From the human T2T-CHM13v2.0 reference genome, Homo sapiens, in assembly GCF_009914755.1 (NCBI RefSeq), contig NC_060947.1: a DNA stretch of 64,000 nt. The stretch is one strand, 5' to 3'. The notes under the pieces were generated by a model. That model worked only from the letters and a program-made list of their open reading frames with translations, had not been told where the DNA came from and did not search any database. The stretch's first letter is position 1; every line of letters starts with the position of its first letter. The position numbers were made by a program, and so were the translations under genes. Of the stretch, positions 52,196-64,000 are shown one piece after another.

Positions 52196-52693
52196 TTGTT
52201 TTCTAGAAGAAGGAACAGGCGCAGGAGTTTTGTATCATCTGAACCTGGATTGAGGTGGTCATATTTGCATTATGTGGGTAGATACTGGGCACTCTTGTGT
52301 CACAAAATTAAAGGAGCAGGAGAAGACACAATCCCTATGGCAGGGAAATGGCTAGGACAGCACTGGGAGGCCTTGCTTATGGGATGCACTCGTGTTTGCA
52401 TGTCTCCAACCTGCTCAGAGAGCTAAAGCCCCAAGCCAGCAGACCCAGAGAGAAACTGGTGGTAAAAATAGACCAGAAATAGACCGTGTGCCTGGGAGAC
52501 GAGGCTGCCCAGTCTGACTGCAGCCGTCGCACTCCCTGCCTGCTTAAGAGGACTGGGAGGGGAGGTAAGGTGGGGCTGAGGGTGCTGCAGGGCAGGGAAA
52601 AGAAAAAGAGTTCCAAATACAGTGCTAAGCTCACTGGCCCCACAGTCCACCCAGGAATCACTCTCGGGTTGCACCCTGCCACAGGGTCCGGGA

Positions 52694-53225
52694 AAGAGAC
52701 AGAGATATGGAGACAGAGACAAGGAGATGGAGACACAGAGATAGGGACAGAGTCAGAGAGAGACAGACAGAGATACACAGAGACAGAGACAGGGAGAGAG
52801 AGACAGGTAAAGAAACATGGAGAGATGGGGAGACAGACAAGGAAAGAGAAAGACAGGGACAAAGAGAGAGAAGACAAAAAGGAGGAAAGAGAGACAGCAA
52901 GAGAGATAGGGAGAAACAGAGAAACAGAGACAGAGAGACAGAGAAGGGAAGGAGAGAGACAGGGACAAAGAGAGATGGGAAATAAGAGACATAGAGAGAT
53001 AGACAGAGAAAGAAGGACACACAGAAGCCAGGAGATTTGTAGGCACACAGAGACAAAGTGAGGAAGAGAGAGACAAAGGGAGAGAGACTCAGAGAGAGAG
53101 AGTGAAAGATATATAAAGACAAAAAGGAGAGTGAGTGATTCAGAGAAACAGAAACAGAGGGGATGATCAAGGGAGAGAAGAGAGCTGCTGAGGAGACAGA
53201 TAGCCAGAAGGCCATAGACAGATGC
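52694..53225. repeat. Degenerate (GAGACA/GA)n purine-rich low-complexity tract, ~530 bp
   Basis: Repeating gagacagaga/gagaga units. It produces the long S/L-rich and E/R-rich spurious ORFs. Confidence 0.92.
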
Positions 53226-54623
53226 CAGGACCTACTCTCAGGGGTTCAGGTGAGAGCAGGCAGCATCCAGAGCTGGGGATGGTGGCTGTCCCCCAGCCCC
53301 TCCCACCAGAGGGCAAGAAGCAAAGCTGCACCATTGTGGTTCACCCTGAATCAAAGTGGAGGGTCCTAGTGTCCAAGAAAATCTTCAGGGCCCTAAGGAC
53401 CAACCCCATCCCTCTGCTGGGCTGGCATCAAACTGAGAAGCACCCTGGGTCCAGCCTGGCCCTCGCTGGGCCACCGAGCCACACCTCCAGCTTCCAGCCC
53501 CAATTCAGGGGCTTAAAGACACCCAACATCAGCACCTACGCATTGAGCAAAAGCCCACAGAACACAAAATCTCCATATCAGAAAAAGCCTCCTTAGCGGT
53601 GAGGTTACCATCAGAGAGGGGCCAGCAGGGATGTGCGTTGTCAGGGAGCTTGTTTTCCCAGGAGCCGTAGCTGTTCAGATGTGCCATGAGCAATTGCCAC
53701 TCTGCTTGCCTTCGCCTGGCAAATTATTCTGCTGGAGTTTCTTCCAGCGTTCAGAGCTGCGCTGCTGTAAATGCCAGAAATCATATACATTAAGCCCAGA
53801 GTGACGGCAGGCTTATGGATGGATTTACCTTCAAACAGAGGCCGCTGAGGCGCCTGGCGTGGGGGGTGGCACTTTATGGATGCCACTCTCTGCTCGCTGA
53901 GGCCTTAAGCGGTAGAGTTGGCCACTTAATCAATTTCTCATATAGGCCTGGCTGTGGACCACGTGCTCCAGGGCAGGGCTTTGGGACGCAGCCCCTCTAC
54001 CCACCTCCCCAGGGTCCTTGTCCCCCTCCCTACCGGAAAGGAGCTGTTTCTGTTTGCTTGGGGTGCTGGGAGCAGGGGGCTGGATGGGTTGACACCAAGC
54101 CAACCCAGGCAATTGCAGAAGTCCAGGACCTGCCAACCTCCCCCCAACCACCCCTGCCACCACACTTCCCCTGGTGCCTCTTGTAAGGGGAGCAGCCATC
54201 CTTAATGCTAACTCACCTCTCTGGGCCTGGCCTCCTACTCACAGCCCCTTCCATGCTCCAAAGCTGGATCTGAGGTCTCCGTAGGGCAGTCTGAGCCTAG
54301 TGCCTTTTGTCCCATCCTGCTGTTCAGCCCCCATGAGCCACTAGTCCTCTGCTCTGATCTAGTAAGCCTGGGCCACTGGCTTTACTGTCTCCTGCATAGC
54401 TGCCACTCAGGCTCTCTCCTCTGTCACTTCACTGCCTCCACTCACCTCCTCCTGCCCCTTGACAGCCCCCCACTCACTGCTTCCTAGGGCTCCTGCTCCA
54501 GGCAAGTCTCCATTCAGCCTCAGGCAGATGGGTGGCTAAGGTGTAACTATCAGGGGCGCAGTCCAGGTCAAGAGACCCCTGCAGGTCTCTTACACTCTCA
54601 TGAAGCCCTTCTCATACTCCATC

Positions 54624-55109
54624 TGTGGCGGATTGTATTTTCCAAAGATGGCTCTGATAATATCTCCGAGCCCACAGGCTCTTCTTATGAACTGACTGAC
54701 ACTCCTTCCATGGAGAGGTAAAGTCTACTTTCCCTTCTCTGAAGTTTAATTATGGTGGAAGTGATTCTGACTTCCGAGACTACATAATAAAAAACAATGC
54801 AGCTTGTTCCTGGTTCAATGGAACACTAGGACTTGGAGCTCTCATCCACTACATGTCAGGAAGCCCAGACTAGCCCATGCTAAAAGACCACATGGAGAGG
54901 CCCTGAGAGAAATGCCTGGCTAGCTTCCCTTCTGCTGTTTCAGCTCCAGCCCCCTTCTGACTGCAACTCCACCAAGCCACAACCATCCAGCTGAGCCCTT
55001 CCTGAGTTCCTGACACACAGGAGCTGTGGGAGAAAATAACATGACTGTCTTTGTTTTAAATCACTAAGCTGTGGGGTGACTTGTCACACAACAACAAGAA
55101 ACCAGAACA
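54624..55109 (+). mobile_element. MLT1G/H-like solo LTR
   Basis: tgtggcggattgtattttccaaagatggc...ccagctgagcccttcctgagttcctgac...aaccagaaca. Confidence 0.82.
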
Positions 55110-55148
55110 GCTTCCATCTCCATAATACCAGTTTTCAAAAGTCAATGA

Positions 55149-55755
<607 letters not shown>

Positions 55756-56394
55756 AATGAGTCAATGCAGTAAAAATAAAATAAGATATAAAGATATATA
55801 CAATAATACAAAAACAAGGCTAAACAATCCAGTCTTTCTTTAATCATCAAAAGGCAGTTGGAGAGTTGCAGAGCACAGAATGTTGAGTATCTATTCACAA
55901 TGCACAGTGCCCAGGTATCAGAGAGAAGTGTCTAATAAGCCTCAACAACTCCCAGGCCCTACATGGGTTCATTCACAATCCAGAAAACTAGAAAGCACTT
56001 GTGTCCAGAATTGTTTGGCCACTTAAACTCCTAGGAAGTAATGAACAAGCCAATGACATAAAGGCAAAAATTCTTCCTGAAAGCAATTCCTATGGTCCAT
56101 GCATATCCATTCCAACATTTCCACACCTCTCTGGTGCCAAGAAGTGTGTGTTCTACCAACCAGCAGGTTTTGGTAATTGATAATATGGGAAACAGAGGGT
56201 GGGAGGGTTTTGCTTTGTTTTTTTTTTTTAAACAGGAGGCGTGAATTTCTCCAGGGTCTGGGCACTGCTGCGGTGCACTGTGATGAGAAGTTTACAGAAA
56301 CCCGCTGCTACTTAGGGAATACCTTTCTTTTTCTCCTCTCACTCAAACCAGAGAACACTCTGAAAGGCAAAAAGGTGATTACAGACCTGGGAGT

Positions 56395-56610
56395 AAAGGC
56401 GTTAAGAGTATGAGTCTGCCACTTACTACATGTATTATCTGAAGCAAGTTTCTCAGCCTCTCCAAGCCTTGGTTTGCTGATCCACAAAATGGGTATGATA
56501 GTAAGACTTTCTTTATAAGGCAAAGTCAAGGGTAAATGAATTAATATGTGTAAAGAGCTTAGAACAGGACCTGCACATAGCAAGTGCTGTGGAAGTGCTA
56601 CCTGTTATTC
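56395..56610 (+). mobile_element. MIR
   Basis: ctgccacttactac...aaaatgggtatgatagta...ttaatatgtgtaaagagcttagaacaggacctgcacatagcaagtgct. Confidence 0.8.
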
Positions 56611-57769
56611 TTGTTGTTGTTGTTTTGGGATTTTACGCTATTGGCACTAACAGATTCTGTTAAAATATTTTCAGTGGCATAACTGCCAGCTGGGAAATTT
56701 AGCTTTCCTTACACTACCCCTCTTCAGTATCACCTCCCTTCCGTAATTCTCAAGTGGGCACACACACACACGCATACATGCTCATGCACACACACACACC
56801 CACACCCAATAATCAGTCCTTGTTTGCCGCAGGCCACACCGTGGTAATGTATTAGTGCAGGAGGAACAAGCTGCTTTATCTTCCTCTCCAGGCAGATGCC
56901 TGTGTGTGGAAGATGGATGCACAGCATCTGCCTGCATTGTCAGAGGACAACACATCCGGGATGGCTCTGCAGCCCCCGGAGAAGCAGGATAGAGGCTGGC
57001 CCTGGGGTCCTGACTTCATGAGTCCTGGGAGGCCTCGGAGGCCAGTGCTGTGGGTCACTGCCACTTTTCTCCTAATCACAAGCCCGGTCTTCCCAGTCTT
57101 TCAGCGCTTGCCTGGTTCCAAAGCCTCTCCAAGTTGTCTGCTATTGTGTCTGCCATGGGCTTACTGCTATGGACACAGACTCCAAGGGGACAAACGTGCT
57201 GCATGTCAGGCGGAGGGTCAGGGACAGGAATAAGCCACTGCAATGAAAGACACACACAGTCTTGCCCTCCAAATGCAAAAGGAGCTTCCACTCAAATCTC
57301 TTTCTCCTGGCAAATCTGACCCGAAGGTGGCTCTGCTGGACCAAGGCTCTGCCCAAGCCAGCTAATCCAGCAGAGGCATGCTGTCCACAGCAGAAAAGGC
57401 CCCGGGAGCCCAGCAGGCCCCAGCCACCAGGCCTCTCACCCTGCAGGACTTTCACAGTGGGTTGCATGAGGCTCTAGCAACATATTACCAAAATAGATTA
57501 ATGTCACCAAGGGGGAAAATTTAGGAAAGAAAGGAATCAACCTCATTTGGAGGGGGAGTACATTTAGCAAAATGGAAAAAAAATACTTCAGAGATGGATA
57601 CTGTTTCCAGTTTTTCAGTCATTTCACAAATATTTATGGAGTGACAACTATATGCTAGGCACTGCAATTGGCTTGGGGCCTCTGTCCCAGTAGAGCTCAA
57701 GGTCTTTCCCCTTCTGGTAGGCAACTTACTGGAAAGTAGCTGTACTGGAAATTGTGGCATCTGCAAGAA

Positions 57770-58203
57770 TGTGCCTCATAGACCTTCAACTCCAGAGAGC
57801 TTAAGACAGAAAGAATACAGAGCCCCAGCTGGTGAGCTCTGAAATCCATGCCAGCATTTGGGCCAAGGCTACAGCTCCCATAGGTGGCTCCCAGTCAATG
57901 ACTGTGCATGGCAGGGCATGAGGGCAGGCCCACCCTGGGAGAAACAGGACTTTTCTGACAGTTGGCTTTGATATGAGGACCGCTTGCCAGCCTTGAAGCT
58001 TCCAAAGACCCCACCGCAGTCTAGGAGGCTGCCACACACCCTCCCTGACCTCCACCACTCACCTGGGGTCAGACACAGCCTTTCGACTCCACCAGCCTTT
58101 CCCAGGTCCTGCCTCACTTTCTCTCACAGATATTTTCCCTAATAAAATCCTTGTCCATTTTTCTCTTCTGGCATCTGCTACCAGAAGAACTCAGACTAAC
58201 CCA
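57770..58203 (+). mobile_element. LTR16-like ERVL LTR
   Basis: ctcccataggtggctcccagtcaatgactg...ccctaataaaatccttgt...ggcatctgct...cagactaac. Confidence 0.7.
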
Positions 58204-59214
58204 GAAGCATTGCCATGACCTCCTCCTCCTCCCTCTCCACAACCTGTCCAGATGGACCACCCTGGCTCTAGCCAATATTGACCCCTTGCAGACACCTGAG
58301 TCGGTTTATTCGTGGAAAGCCTCTTTATAAATTTGGTATCTCCCTGGTAGATTCTAAGTTCTGTAGGAACTCACAACAATCCCAAAGGCTCCTCACTTTG
58401 ATGGCTCTAGGGCAGGTGTTTCTGACCCATGGCAGGGTGGTACTTGCCACCACTCTTACATCATGTTTCAAGAGACTTCTATGATTTATTAATATAATTA
58501 ACAATAACTATTGTGCAACGAGCCCATAGCATGATGCTAAGCTTTTTACATGCATTATCTCATTTAATGGCTAACCCTTGGCATATACCCCACCACCAAA
58601 AAAACTGCTCTCCTTACCACCCGCCCATCCATGCAGAGGACACCCTCCTTCGAATGACAGCTCTATTGCTTGCTCTCCTTTGACAGCCCCTCTTCCTTCA
58701 TGAATCCAAATCAAGACCTTTGCAGGCAGAGCACAAAGATGTGATCTTATAAAAGTGTGAGCATTTTCCAAGAGACAACCAATACCCAGGTTGAGAAATT
58801 CCAGGCACACAACCTAGTAACAAAGTCCAGCTTGCCCGGGCTAACAGAAGATATATTCAACTCTTCTTTATAATCCTATCCTGTTTCATGCCCCCCGAGC
58901 CATTTCTTTCCTCTGTGTGTCTCAGCTTCTTGGTACTTGAAAAACAAGGCCTCTGGGCTCTCATCCAGGACACATCCCAGGCATCCTCCAACCCTCTGAG
59001 CTTGATCCATCCTCCCCAGCCCCCATATGCGGAAATGTTCTCCAGCTCACTCAGAGACACGGCCCTACATACTAAACAGAAAGCGGCAGACTGGATGGCC
59101 GTGGGACCTCACACAAGTTACTTGGCATCTGTGAACATCAATTCCCTCATCTGTAAAACAGGGTCATTGGGAGGATTAAAGGAGAAAATAAATTTTAAAA
59201 TTACTCTAAAGCCT

Positions 59215-59342
59215 TGCTATGCAAAGTGTGGTCCTTGGACCTGCCAGAGAATATGTCAGAAGTACAGACTCTTGGGCCCCACCCACAGCAACCCTTTTGG
59301 CCTGGGTGATTCGTGTACACATTCAAGTTTGACAAGCCTTGC
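59215..59342. mobile_element. MER5A-like fragment
   Basis: caaagtgtggtccttggacc...tcagaagtacagactcttgggcccc...ggtgattcgtgtacacattcaagtttga. Confidence 0.65.
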
Positions 59343-59579
59343 TCTCTGAGTTTTAGAGAGCACCGAATTCTTCTCTCCACCTTATTCTGTTGCTTCCTCT
59401 CCTTTGCTCAATTACACAGTGAGCACTCCCCAAACCCACGGTTTCTACTGCCTCAGCAAAAAGGGGAGTGCAGGGGGTGAACCTAAGAATATATCTACAC
59501 TCAGAGGGGGCCACTCATCACAGCTTCAGGGCCAAGGACCACAACGCCCCTCCTACAGGGCATGGAGAGAGGCTGGAAC

Positions 59580-59759
59580 TGAACAAAGGGGCCCAGCCAG
59601 GAACAAAATCTGGGCCAGAGATGTATCCATTCACTTCTGATTCCAGGTCCCGCCGTGTGGTGAATTGCCCCCATTCCATGGGCCTGATGTGTAATATATT
59701 TTCTGTAATTACAGTGATGCCGTCTGTGTATACGTTAAATTACTATAGCAGTTAATTAT
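59580..59759 (+). repeat. Copy A of a 180-bp dispersed direct repeat
   Basis: Aligns without gaps to 62731-62910 with 13 substitutions. Confidence 0.96.
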
Positions 59760-60139
59760 TTGTGGGTAAACAAGGGATGCCTCTTTGCCCCAGGAGAGGA
59801 TGAAAGATGCCCCAGTGAAAGAACCACAGGATCAAAGAGAAAGGGAGGGGGGAAGTAAGGGAAAAAGTCATTCTTCCCCCAGGAGCTTTGGAGGGGGGGC
59901 AGGGATGTGAACTGATTTGGCTTTAAAGGAGAACTAAAGGCCCCTGAAGCAACAGCAAACTGGTCACAAGAGTCCAAACCAAGGTGAGGAGATGAGGGGT
60001 GATCTCCAAAGATGGGCAGGAGCATCTGAATGCCAACCAGTCCTCAAGCAGCTTCTGACCCCCTGGGGGACTGCATTACCCTGGGTAACTCTGGGGAGCA
60101 CACACTCGAAGCTTGATAGTTGCAAATATCTATTCTCCT

Positions 60140-60850
60140 CTTCTCTCTTAGACATAGAACTGCCCATTTTTGGCTGGGCACATATTCATCTCCCCTCGTA
60201 AAGACCACATCACGCAGTGTCAGTTTACACCCAAGTGTGGCCATGTGATCAAGATTGACCTTCTGGGATGTGTTCTAGAACATTGTGAGTACATTCCTCT
60301 TTGCCTTCCCCTTCTTCTTGGTCAACAGAAAGGGGATGTGATGGGGAGCTCTAGCAGCCATCTTGAACCATGAGGTAACTTTGGGACTAGAAGCTGTGTT
60401 GGACAGTGTGACAAGATAACAGGATCCTGAGTCACTTACGCTTACATCTTACAACCCCTCTGCTAACCATCTTACCAACCCAGGACTTTGGATCTCTGGA
60501 CTTTTAGATAAGGGATCAATTTTTGGCATATTTAGATCACTGTTATTTTGGAGTTTTTGCTACTCACAGAAAACCTAAATGGAACAGATAAAGATATGTA
60601 ACATGATATCTTAGATCAGGTTCTGTGAGATGCAGACTTTGAGATGGAAATTGGCATGGAGGAGGCTCATTGGGCTGTGGTCTCAAGATCAACACTTGAG
60701 TTGGAGTGAGGGAAGAAGATTGGGCAGAAGAAAAGCTGACTGGCAATGTGGTCACAACAGTGGCTTCGCTGGATCCCACAAGGACCTCTGGAGTGGAGAT
60801 GGCCCTTCAAAGTTCTTTTGAATTGAGGCAAGAAGGTTGAGCCTTTGGAC
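60140..60850. mobile_element. MLT1I/J-like LTR (+, ~60140-60600) followed by an LTR16/33-like fragment (-)
   Basis: gggagctctagcagccatcttgaaccatgagg...tctggacttttag; then tcttagatcaggttctgtgagatgcagactttgagatgg. Confidence 0.62.
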
Positions 60851-61385
60851 CTCTCTGGGCTTTTGTTGTCTCATCTGTAAAATGGATATGTTACTGACCT
60901 TGCAGCTGTCATGAGATTAAGAAAAAAAAATGTGTGCAGGACCCAGCCCACAGATGAACAACGAGAGCCAGCCTCCGGGAGACTGGAGAACTTTGCCCAT
61001 GTTCTCTGGGGGCCCATGTGTGTGTCTCAACTAATTGACCTGTCTGTGCATCATAGAAGACAAGTGGGTGACTGCCTCTTCTCCAGAACCTTCTCTAACA
61101 CTACCACCTTCACCAACTGGGAGAATTCCCCATCTCCTCTTCTGTGTTCCTACAAGATTCTATTCTTAACATCATCATTGTTCTTACCACATTGATCGTG
61201 GCTGTTTTCCTGGGACTCTGAGTTCCACAATCACCTCTCTATCCCCAGCCACCAACACAGTGCCTGACACATAGAAAATGGCCGATGTACAGTTGTCAAA
61301 TCAATGAGCCTCACTGAAGGGGCCAAATTCCCGTGGTGTCAACAGGACAAAAACTATTCCCTGAAGCCAGGAAACATGGCTTTGA

Positions 61386-61628
<243 letters not shown>

Positions 61629-62394
61629 TAAGTTCCAATCTTAATATTTCTTACTTAGAGCCCACCTGGGCCTCAATATTTTCATCCATATTGTGGGAAT
61701 AATAATAACAACAACAAATGGGGCTGTTGCAATAATTAGACAACATATTCGTTTAAAAACTGCAAAGCATGACGCAGATATTATTTTATTGGAGATGGAA
61801 AAGGGGGAGGGTTTCATCAGTTGAGTCTAAGTCTGTGACTCAAAGGAATTGTTTTCGGTGCATAATGCTCTGGCTACATAGTTCTGCCAAATTAGGCAGC
61901 CACCAAAGTGTAGGGCCAGGAATAATTTGACACATCCCAAGGGTAGCCCTAATGCCAGCCTCTCTTGCCTGGAAATGCAAACTGTTTGGCTACACAAGGC
62001 CACTAAGTAAAGGCTCTCCAGTGGGCCCCAGCCCTGGAAGCCCAAATGCTAAAACAGAGCCGTTAGATATGGTATCTTAAGCACTTCACAGCACACCCAT
62101 TGTGGTGACAGGCCCCTGTATAATGCATACAGGACTTGGGGATAGGGCCAGGCACCCTTACAGGACAGCTATGAGTGGTAATAAATAACCTGGGCCCCGC
62201 TTAGCTGTTCCAAAACATGCCCAGCTGAGGGGCCCAACATAAATCTGGGGGGCAGTCTTGAGACACCCATACCAGTCTGGCAGGAGGAGGAATTTAGATC
62301 CCGACTTGAAGCACTGGGGACATAGGCGGAATTCAAAGCACCCTGGACCTGGAAGATCAGTGATATGTCAGCAACACATTGAAGAGGCAGCAGG

Positions 62395-62610
62395 TCAGAG
62401 TGGTTAAAAGCAACATCTCTGGAGCAAGCCTGCCTGGAGTCAGATCTTGCCTCTGCAACTAGTTAACTGTGTTACCTTGCTCAGGTTACATAACCTTTCT
62501 GTGCCTCAGTTTCCCCACCTGCAAAATGGGAACAGTAATAATTCTCACCTCACAGGTTGTTGTGAGGGCTGAGTTAGCATAGGTAAAGCACTTAGTGACT
62601 GACACATGGT
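62395..62610 (+). mobile_element. MIR
   Basis: gagtggttaaaagc...ctctggagc...ctgtgcctcagtttccccacctgcaaaatggg...cctcacaggttgttgtgagg. Confidence 0.85.
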
Positions 62611-62730
62611 AACTGCACCCAGGGGCTGGGAACTGGGACAAGGTGGTAGGGGGACCAATTGCAATTCCATCAGTAATGACCACCGGCCCCACTGGCAGGA
62701 GGAGGTGACCATCCTGAATAGCAGGGAAAA

Positions 62731-62910
62731 TGAACAAAGGGGCCCAGCCAGGAACGAAATCTGGGCCAGAGATATATTCATTCACTTCTGATTCCAGGCC
62801 CCACTGTGTGGTGAATTGTCCCCATTCCATGGGCCTGATGTATAACATATTTTCTGTAATTACGGTGATGCCGTCTGTGTATATGTTAAATGACTATAAC
62901 AGTTAATTAT
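62731..62910 (+). repeat. Copy B of the 180-bp dispersed direct repeat
   Basis: See copy A at 59580-59759. Confidence 0.96.
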
Positions 62911-63009
62911 AGCCCATCCATTCAGGATGGGCTCAGTCAGGTTGGGGATATGGGTCTCCATATCAAAACTGAAATAAGACCACAAAACTGAATGTGGTCA
63001 GAGATCAAT

Positions 63010-63470
63010 GAGGGGTACAAGAAGCAAGGATCTACAGTTGCAAAAAGAGAGAGGTCACCAGGAGATAGCACAGTCAGGCAGGCAGGAAGAAAAAGAAGGG
63101 AGCGAAGGAAGAATGAACTGTATTGGCTCAGGAAGCTGAAATGTAATAAGGCAGTTGGCTTCAGGTTTGACTGAATTCAGGAACTTACTTCAAGTGGTGA
63201 CAAGATGACCACTGGCAGGCAGCACTAGCAATTCCAAACTTACATTTTATTAGTAGAACAACCATGATAAAAAGCATGCTCTTTTCCAACAGTTCCAGAA
63301 AAATCCCAAAGGTTGCCATTGCCTGGCTAGAATTGGCCAACTTGGGCCATAGCCCATTTCAGGACCCAGGGAGCATGGCTGGCTGGAGAGGGTGGCTCCC
63401 CAAAGGAAAATTGGAGAAAGATGAGGAATGGATACTGACTGGTCAGGCAAAACAACAGATACCCCTTCAG
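63010..63470 (-). mobile_element. Old MLT1K/L-like LTR
   Basis: aagatgaccactggcaggcagc...ccaacagttccagaaaaatccc...aattggccaacttgggccat...tggctccccaaaggaaaatt. Confidence 0.5.
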
Positions 63471-64000
63471 AAGGCTTTGCTCAGAAGGTGAGATTTGAGC
63501 CCATCCCACTCCCTCCTACTCTTGTTTAAACAGTAACCAGCATTTCTCAAAGCCACAAATTGCAATGGGCTGGCACCTACACCGTTTAATCTCTTCACTC
63601 ACTCAAATCAATTCTAGGCAGAGGAAAACTGACCACACAAAGGCTGAGAGGTGGGGCGGGCTCACGGCAGGAGAAGATTAATCTAGCAGCTGTGTGTAGG
63701 AGGGATCAAAGGTCGAGATCCTGGTGGGGTTTGGCAGGGGGTGCTGTTCTTTCCAACCCTCGGTGGGGGTGGGGTGGGGGGGAGTCCATCACTCTCCAGT
63801 TCATCAGTAAAGTCCTGGGGTGGCCTGGCAGGAGGGACAAGCCGAGGGAGGGGTGGATGTAGAAATAGGATGATGACTTGCTTGAATTTGGAAGCGGTGT
63901 TCAAAGGGTCAAACATGACTCTCAAGTGTAGGCTAAGAGAATAGTGACAGACAGAAATGGGGAACTCCATTAGGGGAAAGAGGGTGAATTTGATTCTATT

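Noticed and set aside
51782-52426. 214-aa ORF
   Set aside because: It has a non-ATG start, overlaps an ERVL-type LTR remnant and has no recognisable domain.
52377-53215. Longest ORFs (223, 191, 185 aa)
   Set aside because: They are translations of the GA/TC low-complexity tract (S/L- or E/R-rich) that lacks stop codons by composition.

Overview
This is 64 kb of non-coding anthropoid-primate genomic DNA, probably human or another catarrhine, judged from AluY/AluS/AluJ, THE1/MST and L1PA elements. I cannot place the locus from sequence alone. No protein-coding exon, structural RNA gene or CRISPR-like array is supportable, and the ORF track consists of chance or repeat-derived ORFs. Much of the window is interspersed repeat, many elements with readable target-site duplications (TSDs): 8 Alus and an Alu monomer, one complete THE1 provirus, solo MaLR/ERVL LTRs, L1/L2/L3 fragments, MIRs and hAT MITEs. 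Several repeat-free blocks look regulatory. The signals least explained by ordinary repeats are four: (1) a gap-free 180-bp direct duplication of apparently unique sequence 3,151 bp apart (59580-59759 / 62731-62910), with a hairpin at one junction; (2) a 118-bp fold-back hairpin (46241-46358); (3) a perfect RFX X-box inside a dense TF-motif cluster (~38690-38900); (4) a weak orphan CpG-island-like block (~6680-7350). I found no convincing evidence of a new multi-component biological system. Repeat subfamily names were assigned by eye from remembered consensus features, not by alignment, and all counts are manual.
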